Shown one piece after another: positions 1 through 6,660 of a DNA stretch of 64,000 bases (position 1 is the stretch's first letter; the number at the start of each line of letters is the position of its first letter). This DNA comes from Candidatus Calescibacterium sp. (GTDB taxonomy: Bacteria; Calescibacteriota; Calescibacteriia; Calescibacteriales; Calescibacteriaceae). A program made the translations under genes and the position numbers. The notes under the pieces are model-generated. The model was given only the letters and a program-made list of their open reading frames with translations. It was not told the DNA's origin and made no database searches. The DNA is taken from contig JAVVGL010000008.1 in the NCBI GenBank assembly GCA_032249135.1, positions 1-64,000 on the forward strand, in the 5' to 3' direction.

Positions 1-2
1 AG

Positions 3-1382
3 GAGGGATATATAATATCGGATTGGAGAGGTGTGCCGAGGGTTATATATGATGAGGGAGGGAGGGAGGTATGGAGAGGAGAGTTTGGTCCATTTGGAGA
101 GCCATTATATGAAAGAGGTGTTGTAAGCAACTATATTCCATTCAGATTGTATGGTATGTATAAGGATATGGAGACGGGTTTATATTATAATGTGAGGAGG
201 TATTATGATTGGAGAGTAGGAAGGTATTTGCAACCTGACCCTGTTTCTGACTTGAATTTGTATGTGTACGTGAATAACTCGCCCTATGATTTGGTTGATC
301 CATTAGGGATGTTTGAGACAACTATGCAATTATATGGTGCGCTTTGGCATGAAGGTCACTCAGTACATGAAGGAATCACAGAGGATGCTATCAGGGGTCT
401 GAATTATCCGAAATTAAGCCAATATGGATTTAGAGTGGATAACTGTTGGGATAATGGACCATTTACACTTACTGTTATCCCTTCTAACCCTCCTACGGTT
501 GTTGCACTACAATGCAGATGTCCCAGAGACACAGTAGCCCAAGGTGTAAATAGAGCAGATTGTTTTTATGCTTCAGATTCTTCTTACCATTGCGATAATA
601 GCAATTTTGACGGGTGTTCCCAAAAAGCAAAAATGATAGAATCCCCAGTCAGCTCAGGTTTAGTAACTTGCATATGTACCTCACCACCAGGGTGGCAACC
701 TCCACCGCCATCATATCCGCCACCAGCAGGAGGAGGACCAGGAAAAGGTGAGGGCGGGGGAGAAGGTGGAGGTTGTTCAGTTGGGAGACATGGAAGATTA
801 AGTGAGAAATCTCATGCATCTTGTTCTTGCTCCTTCAAAAGTGATTGGAATTATGAAAAATTGGGGAGGTTGCTCCATGCTGTTCAAGACTTTTGGGCTC
901 ATTCTAATGGGGAATTCGTTACAAAATGTAGTAAGAGAGAATGTGTTAGCCGGGTCATTGCTTGTTTGGATTGGGAGTGTGCGGAGTATGAGGTGAAACC
1001 GATATGGAATGGTTCTAATGTACCTTCTGGCTCAACAGCAAATTCCTCTGGAATATTCACAGGATTATTTGGGGGAGGCGGATGGCAAGATTGGGAAGAT
1101 GTTGTATGTGCTCTTCCATATCCTCTATATTCATCGTTAAGGAGGTATCCCCCATGTGATGTAGGGAAAAAAATTATGCCTCATTGTATGCTAAATAAGG
1201 ATTATGAAGGTGGAGATAATGATTGTATGTCTGCATGTGATCAGGGAGATTGGCCAGGTGATTGTGGAGGTAAAGACAACATTCAAAGGAAGGCTTTTAA
1301 TATAGTCAGAAATAGAGCGCAATCATCTTCAAGATTTTACCTGAGGCTTTTTTGTTTTGAAGGAGCTGGGATATGTTATTAG
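3..1382 (+). CDS. Rhs protein, 3' part (5'-truncated by window edge): Rhs-associated core plus Cys-rich Het-C/VWA7-like C-terminal toxin domain
   Basis: Frame is open from base 3 (EGYIISDWRGVP...), upstream of the GTG at 33. Rhs core: FRLYGMYKDMETGLYYNVRRYYD...GRYLQPDP...NSPYDLVDPLG. Tip motifs HEGIT, YHCDN, LGRLLHAVQDFWAHSN, LNKD. Confidence 0.9.
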   Translation, partial: EGYIISDWRGVPRVIYDEGGREVWRGEFGPFGEPLYERGVVSNYIPFRLYGMYKDMETGLYYNVRRYYDWRVGRYLQPDPVSDLNLYVYVNNSPYDLVDPLGMFETTMQLYGALWHEGHSVHEGITEDAIRGLNYPKLSQYGFRVDNCWDNGPFTLTVIPSNPPTVVALQCRCPRDTVAQGVNRADCFYASDSSYHCDNSNFDGCSQKAKMIESPVSSGLVTCICTSPPGWQPPPPSYPPPAGGGPGKGEGGGEGGGCSVGRHGRLSEKSHASCSCSFKSDWNYEKLGRLLHAVQDFWAHSNGEFVTKCSKRECVSRVIACLDWECAEYEVKPIWNGSNVPSGSTANSSGIFTGLFGGGGWQDWEDVVCALPYPLYSSLRRYPPCDVGKKIMPHCMLNKDYEGGDNDCMSACDQGDWPGDCGGKDNIQRKAFNIVRNRAQSSSRFYLRLFCFEGAGICY

Positions 1383-1924
1383 GATTTTTTATGTTTTTTT
1401 TAATTTCTGAGGTTTCCGCTGAAAATTTGGAGCGTAAATATACCTTAGGAATTAATCCTTTGGCTTTAATTGGAGGAGGTGGAACTCCAAGTGTTACGAT
1501 TGTGATTCTGAATGCTGAAATAAATTTTGAATTAAAAATTAAAAATAAGGTTTCTTTAGATTTTAATCTAACCAATTTGTTCTTCATAATTCCAATTGGT
1601 GTAAGATTAGGAGTAAGGGAGTACCTGGGAAAAGAAGGATTCAAGGGTTTTTATCTTCATCAGGGATTGGGAGCATCTTTTGTTTATGATGAGGGAAATA
1701 TTATACCACCAGCAATAACTATACCATATTTTTCCATTAAAGGGGGTTATAAATATGTATCAAAGAGTGGTTTTACGGTCGATCCTTTTTTGGGTTTAAC
1801 TTTGTGGTCCAAGAAGTTGATTCTCAAATCTTCAGAGATAGAAGGTATTTCTTTTATCGGATTACCAGATGCTCCTATTATCCCTTGGCCAAATATAGGT
1901 TTATATTTAGGTTATAGTTGGTAA
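1373..1924 (+). CDS. Small outer-membrane beta-barrel protein (DUF3575-like), putative immunity/partner 1
   Basis: Signal peptide (MLLGFFMFFLISEVSA), alternating amphipathic strands (INFELKI, LGVREYL, GFYLHQG, GGYKYV, GFTVDPFLG), C-terminal beta-signal GLYLGYSW; overlaps toxin stop by 10 nt. Confidence 0.75.
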   Translation: MLLGFFMFFLISEVSAENLERKYTLGINPLALIGGGGTPSVTIVILNAEINFELKIKNKVSLDFNLTNLFFIIPIGVRLGVREYLGKEGFKGFYLHQGLGASFVYDEGNIIPPAITIPYFSIKGGYKYVSKSGFTVDPFLGLTLWSKKLILKSSEIEGISFIGLPDAPIIPWPNIGLYLGYSW

Positions 1925-2250
1925 ATTTTATACAGAATGATTAAACTACTATGATGGATTGGAGAGGAGTGCCAATAGCTATATACGGCGAATTAGGGAA
2001 GGAGATATGGAGAGGGGAATTTGGTCCATTTGGAGAGCCATTGTATGAAAGAGGTGTTGTAAGCAACTACATTCCATTCAGATTGTATGGTATGTATAAG
2101 GATATGGAGACGGGTTTATATTATAATGTGAGGAGGTATTATGATTGGAGAGTAGGAAGGTATTTGCAACCTGACCCTGTTTCTGACTTGAATTTGTATG
2201 TGTATGGGAGTAACTCGCCGTATGATACAGTTGATCCAGTTGGGATGTTT
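1895..2250 (+). repeat. Direct repeat copy A (~355 bp): barrel 3' end, spacer and Rhs core
   Basis: Near-identical to 3875-4230 (offset 1980); the Rhs part from ~2007 also matches 71-314. Confidence 0.95.
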
Positions 2251-3321
2251 AAGACAGAAATGAGGAATTACCCTTTTGTATTCCTTCATATAGGTGATGC
2301 TATACATGAAGGAATTACAGAAGATGCTATTAGGCAACTTGGTTTACTATCTAACCGCGGTTTTAGGGTAAATGAGTGGGATTCAAATACAAGATTTTGT
2401 ATTTCTGGTATATTTTGTGCCGAATGTAGAAAATCTATAGACACAATAGCCCAGGGCGTAAATAGGGCAGATTGTCTTTATGTGTTAGACTCTTCTTATC
2501 ACTGCGATAATAGCAATTTTGACGGATGTTACCAAAAAGCAAAAATGATAGAATCCCCAGTCAGCTCAGGTTTAGTAACTTGCATATGTACCTCACCACC
2601 AGGGTGGCAACCTCCACCGCCATCATATCCGCCACCAGCAGGAGGAGGACCAGGAAAAGGTGAGGGCGGGGGAGAAGGTGGAGGTTGTTCAGTTGGAAGA
2701 CATGGAAGATTAAGTGAGAAATCTCATGTATCTTGCTCTTGCTCTTTCAGAGGTGATTGGAATTATGAAAAATTGGGGCGATTGCTACATGCTGTTCAAG
2801 ACTTTTGGGCTCATTCTAATGCAGTATTTGTTACAAGATGTATTGATAAAGTTGGCATTTTAGACGAGGAGTGTGTAGATTATGAGGTGAAACCGATATG
2901 GAATGGTTCTAATGTGCCTTCTGGCTCAACAGCTAGCTGGTGGGGACTATTCACAGGATTATTTGATGGAAGTGGATGGTCAGCGACGGACGATATCCTC
3001 TGTATCCTCCCATATCCTTTTTATCCAGCAACTCCTCCTGGATATCCAATACCAATTCTTATAGATTTTTTAAATCAGAGAAGACATCCTCCCTGTGATT
3101 TAGGACAAAAAATTATGGCTCATTGTATGTTAAATAAGGATAACCCAGGTTGGGATGGAGATTGTATGCATGCATGTGATCTAGGAGATTGGCCAGGTGA
3201 TTGCGGAGGCGATGATAGTATTCAAAAATTTGCTTTTAACGATGTCAAAAATAGAGCAATAGCATCATCAAGGTTTTATCTGATGCTTTTTTGTGCAGAA
3301 AAAGCAAATATATGCTATTAG
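1951..3321 (+). CDS. Orphan Rhs-CT cassette 2 (Rhs core remnant plus Het-C-like tip)
   Basis: Same Rhs core ending PYDTVDPVG; tip motifs HEGIT, YHCDN, LHAVQDFWAHSN, HCMLNKD; lacks the N-terminal Rhs repeats. Confidence 0.9.
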   Translation: MMDWRGVPIAIYGELGKEIWRGEFGPFGEPLYERGVVSNYIPFRLYGMYKDMETGLYYNVRRYYDWRVGRYLQPDPVSDLNLYVYGSNSPYDTVDPVGMFKTEMRNYPFVFLHIGDAIHEGITEDAIRQLGLLSNRGFRVNEWDSNTRFCISGIFCAECRKSIDTIAQGVNRADCLYVLDSSYHCDNSNFDGCYQKAKMIESPVSSGLVTCICTSPPGWQPPPPSYPPPAGGGPGKGEGGGEGGGCSVGRHGRLSEKSHVSCSCSFRGDWNYEKLGRLLHAVQDFWAHSNAVFVTRCIDKVGILDEECVDYEVKPIWNGSNVPSGSTASWWGLFTGLFDGSGWSATDDILCILPYPFYPATPPGYPIPILIDFLNQRRHPPCDLGQKIMAHCMLNKDNPGWDGDCMHACDLGDWPGDCGGDDSIQKFAFNDVKNRAIASSRFYLMLFCAEKANICY

Positions 3322-3379
3322 GATTTTTTATACTTTCTTATTTCCAATATTTTTGCCTCATGAGAGAAGAAGCATAGGT

Positions 3380-3904
3380 ATGTTATTGTTATTAGGATTT
3401 TTAACATTCGTGTGGATTTTTGGAAATTCATCTGAGTCAAGAAATTTTAGTTATACCTTGGCGATTAATCCTTTACCTGTTCTAGTGGGTATCACACGTG
3501 AAGCATCTATTGTAATTTGGATTCCAGGAATAAATTTTGAGTCAAAACTTAAAGAGAATTTTTCGCTGAATTTTGAATTAAATAATGTGTTTTTAATTTT
3601 CCCCTTTGAACTAGAAGTAGGAGTTAGGGAATATTTGAAGGGAGGAGGTATTAAAGGTTTTTATCTTTATCAAGGAATAGCAGGTACGCTTACCTATTTT
3701 TTTAATGGTAAATTTGAAGTTATACCAAACTTAACACTGACTTTTGGGGATAAATATATTTCTCGGAAAGGTTTTACCTTAGATCGTTTTATAGGTTTAA
3801 AAATAGTGTATGGTGGAGGTTTTTTCAGCGAATATTTGTCTATCGGATCTCTTAAGTTTGGAATTCTGCCAGCCATAGGTTTATATTTAGGTTATAGTTG
3901 GTAA
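3380..3904 (+). CDS. Small outer-membrane beta-barrel protein (DUF3575-like), putative immunity/partner 2
   Basis: Paralogue of 1373-1924; likely start ATG 3380 (MLLLLGFLTFVWIFG) rather than 3293; ends GLYLGYSW. Confidence 0.75.
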   Translation: MLLLLGFLTFVWIFGNSSESRNFSYTLAINPLPVLVGITREASIVIWIPGINFESKLKENFSLNFELNNVFLIFPFELEVGVREYLKGGGIKGFYLYQGIAGTLTYFFNGKFEVIPNLTLTFGDKYISRKGFTLDRFIGLKIVYGGGFFSEYLSIGSLKFGILPAIGLYLGYSW

Positions 3905-4230
3905 GTTTTATGCAGAATGATTAAACTACTATGATGGATTGGAGAGGAGTGCCAATAGCTATATACGGCGAATTAGGGAAGGAGATATGGAGAGGGGAAT
4001 TTGGTCCATTTGGAGAGCCATTGTATGAAAGAGGTGTTGTAAGCAACTACATTCCATTCAGATTGTATGGTATGTATAAGGATATGGAGACGGGTTTATA
4101 TTATAATGTGAGGAGGTATTATGATTGGAGAGTAGGAAGGTATTTGCAACCTGACCCTGTTTCTGACTTGAATTTGTATGTGTATGGGAGTAACTCGCCG
4201 TATGATGCAGTTGATCCGGTGGAAATGTTT
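3875..4230 (+). repeat. Direct repeat copy B (~355 bp)
   Basis: Near-identical to 1895-2250. Confidence 0.95.
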
Positions 4231-5277
4231 GAAGTAGGAGTGAAATGGAGCCCCTATTTTGTGCCGCTTTTGCATGTTGGCGTTGATCCTAACCATGAAG
4301 AAATTACAGAGAGTGCAATTAGTGAACTTTATGGAGCATATCCAGGAAAATATTCAAAATTATACCAATATGGCTTTAGGTTAGATGATTGGAGAGGAGT
4401 GTATTTTAGGATTGGCACTTTGACTTTTCAATGTAGAACTGGTACAGATGTTAGACCTGATGCAGATAGGGTAGCGCAAGGAACAAATATAGCGGATTGC
4501 CTCTTTTTAAATGACTCCTCTTACCATTGTGATAACAGCAATTTTGATGGATGCGATGAAAAAGGGTTTATGGTAATGAACCCGGTCAGCAATGGTTTAG
4601 TAACTTGCCAGTGTAGTGGTGGAGGAGGCAGTGGAGGCGGTGGAGGTAGGGGAAGAGGAGGAGGTGAAGGAGGTGGTGCAGGTTGTTCAGTTGCTAAACA
4701 AAGGTTGAAGAATAAAGGTTATGACCGATGTCAATATTTTTTCCCTTCTAGACCCGAGGAATGTAAGTGCGTTTGTTCTTTTAAGGTAGCTATCTCCCCT
4801 GATATTAGGGATTTGGGGCAAATGGATTACGAAAAACTCGGAAGGTTACTTCATCCTATACAGGACTTTTGGTCTCATTCCACAGCTATATATGTTCCTG
4901 GTTGTAAGACGAAAAAATGTGTTAAAAAAGTTCTTGGTGTATGCCTTGATGAGGAATGTGCAGAGTATTATAGGAATTATAATTGGACCAATCTTGACAT
5001 ACCTATGAGAACTCAAGCAGGAAATGTAGGTCTCAGGACAGGTTGGTTTGGGGCTAATGGATGGTCTGCCTTAGAAGATGTTGCTTGTTTATGGCCCCCA
5101 TGTAATGCGCACTGTATGTTAAATAAAGATGATGGTAGTTTTGATAGGGATGATTTTAGCCCGTGTGACGGAAACATTCAAAAGGATGCTCACTGGGAAG
5201 TAAAAAGCAAAGCAACAGATTCAACGAAATATCATTTAGATCTGTTCTGTAAAGGACTTGGAGGAATATGCTATTAG
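3931..5277 (+). CDS. Orphan Rhs-CT cassette 3 (Rhs core remnant plus more divergent Het-C-like tip)
   Basis: Rhs core as in cassette 2, ending PYDAVDPVE; tip motifs HEEIT, YHCDN, LGRLLHPIQDFWSHS, HCMLNKD. Confidence 0.9.
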   Translation: MMDWRGVPIAIYGELGKEIWRGEFGPFGEPLYERGVVSNYIPFRLYGMYKDMETGLYYNVRRYYDWRVGRYLQPDPVSDLNLYVYGSNSPYDAVDPVEMFEVGVKWSPYFVPLLHVGVDPNHEEITESAISELYGAYPGKYSKLYQYGFRLDDWRGVYFRIGTLTFQCRTGTDVRPDADRVAQGTNIADCLFLNDSSYHCDNSNFDGCDEKGFMVMNPVSNGLVTCQCSGGGGSGGGGGRGRGGGEGGGAGCSVAKQRLKNKGYDRCQYFFPSRPEECKCVCSFKVAISPDIRDLGQMDYEKLGRLLHPIQDFWSHSTAIYVPGCKTKKCVKKVLGVCLDEECAEYYRNYNWTNLDIPMRTQAGNVGLRTGWFGANGWSALEDVACLWPPCNAHCMLNKDDGSFDRDDFSPCDGNIQKDAHWEVKSKATDSTKYHLDLFCKGLGGICY

Positions 5278-5744
5278 GATTTTTAATTCTTTTACTGATA
5301 TCTGAGACTTCAGAAAAAAGGTTTGGTCATAAATACTCACTGAGTATTAATCCTTTGGCTGTTTTTATTGGAGTTGCAGGTCATGCGGGGGGAATAATTT
5401 TACCAAATCCTGGAATAAATTTTGAGGCGAAAGGAGGAGGTAATTGGTCATTTAACTTTGAAATTAATGCAATATTTTTTATTCCTACTGAAATAGAGGT
5501 GGGGATTAGGGAATATTTAAAGAAGGAAAAAGAATTTAGAGGATTTTACCTTTATCAGGGATTAGCTTTTGGATGGACAAATTTCGTATTTGGTTTATAT
5601 ATACCAAACCTAATTTTGGCGGTTGGCTATAAGAATGTTTCTGCAAAAGGTTTTACCATAGACCCAATTTTAGGTTTAAGAGCAGTATATACTGCTTTTG
5701 TAGTATTACCAGTTTTGGGATTATATTTAGGTCGTACTTGGTGA
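5268..5744 (+). CDS. Small outer-membrane beta-barrel protein (DUF3575-like), putative immunity/partner 3
   Basis: Paralogue with MLLGF leader overlapping the toxin stop; ends GLYLGRTW. Confidence 0.75.
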   Translation: MLLGFLILLLISETSEKRFGHKYSLSINPLAVFIGVAGHAGGIILPNPGINFEAKGGGNWSFNFEINAIFFIPTEIEVGIREYLKKEKEFRGFYLYQGLAFGWTNFVFGLYIPNLILAVGYKNVSAKGFTIDPILGLRAVYTAFVVLPVLGLYLGRTW

Positions 5745-5808
5745 GTTTTGTATAGGAGATACGGTACGTTAGAGTATAGTTTTTGAGTGAATTGAAAGCG
5801 ATAAATTT

Positions 5809-6312
5809 ATGCTTCTAATTTTAATATTTGGGTTAATTTCAGAAGTTCGGGATGGAGACTTAGAAATGAGATATAAGTGCACTATATCTACTAACCTTTT
5901 TTCTATTGTTTTTCTGGAGGCAGAACATGGGGTTTTACCTCTTCCTTCTCCCGGGATAAATTTTGAGTTAAGGATTTCAAAGAAGTTTTCATTTAACTTT
6001 GAACTAAATAATGTACTTTTTGTTCTTCCCCATGAGGGAGAATTAGGTATCAGGGAGTATTTAGGGAAGAAAGATTTTGAAGGTTTCTATCTTTATCAAG
6101 GGTTTGCAATTGGATTACCTATATCTTACCGTCCTGATAGATCTTTTATTCCAACTGATCCCAGTTTAGTATTAATAGCTGGTCATAAATCTATTGAAGA
6201 TAGTGGATTTACAATTGATCCTTTTTTGGGAGCAAAGATATTTTATGCGACGGAGGAAAAAAGGATAATTTCTACCCCAGCATTAGGTTTATATTTAGGT
6301 TATAGCTGGTAG
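5809..6312 (+). CDS. Small outer-membrane beta-barrel protein (DUF3575-like), orphan copy 4
   Basis: Paralogue (PGINFE, GIREYL, GFYLYQG, GFTIDPFLG, GLYLGYSW) with no toxin cassette directly upstream. Confidence 0.75.
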   Translation: MLLILIFGLISEVRDGDLEMRYKCTISTNLFSIVFLEAEHGVLPLPSPGINFELRISKKFSFNFELNNVLFVLPHEGELGIREYLGKKDFEGFYLYQGFAIGLPISYRPDRSFIPTDPSLVLIAGHKSIEDSGFTIDPFLGAKIFYATEEKRIISTPALGLYLGYSW

Positions 6313-6660
6313 ATTACGAATTGATTATGTTTCCATTATACATTTGGAATTTACATTCCTACGCAAAACTGTTATTTCAATATCTTTGGTAGCTTACCTT
6401 ATGAAGATAATAAGTTTGCAATTGAACTTGGGTTCTTTATTGTGTCTTTCATTTTATAGGGTGCTGTTGGGAGGTTCCGAGCCTTTTGTCCTTGTACCTC
6501 GTCTTCGCTTTCAAAGAAAGGTAAAGGCGGAAGATAGTGAAAGATGTATCAGCAGGGGGCAAGTTGAAGTCAGCAATAAAGTGGGTCAGCAGAGACAATT
6601 TTGTAAATAAAAACCAGTAACAAACAAAATGAAAAAGATAAAAATAAAATTATTTGATAC

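Noticed and set aside
750-790. GGGCS as a MYXO-CTERM/GlyGly-CTERM sorting signal
   Set aside because: It is internal and not followed by a transmembrane helix and basic tail
1385-1401. T6/T8 tracts in the barrel 1 leader as a phase-variation switch
   Set aside because: Runs of this length are common throughout this AT-rich window and encode Phe/Leu of a signal peptide
3293-3379. N-terminal extension of barrel 2 given by the ORF track
   Set aside because: Not homologous to the other barrels; the paralogous leader begins at ATG 3380
1895-4230. Repeats as a CRISPR array or diversity-generating retroelement
   Set aside because: Repeats are long coding blocks of Rhs core; no short repeat-spacer periodicity, no cas or reverse transcriptase gene, and differences are not adenine-specific
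6344-6610. 88-aa ORF after the barrel array
   Set aside because: TTG start, no RBS, no recognisable motif
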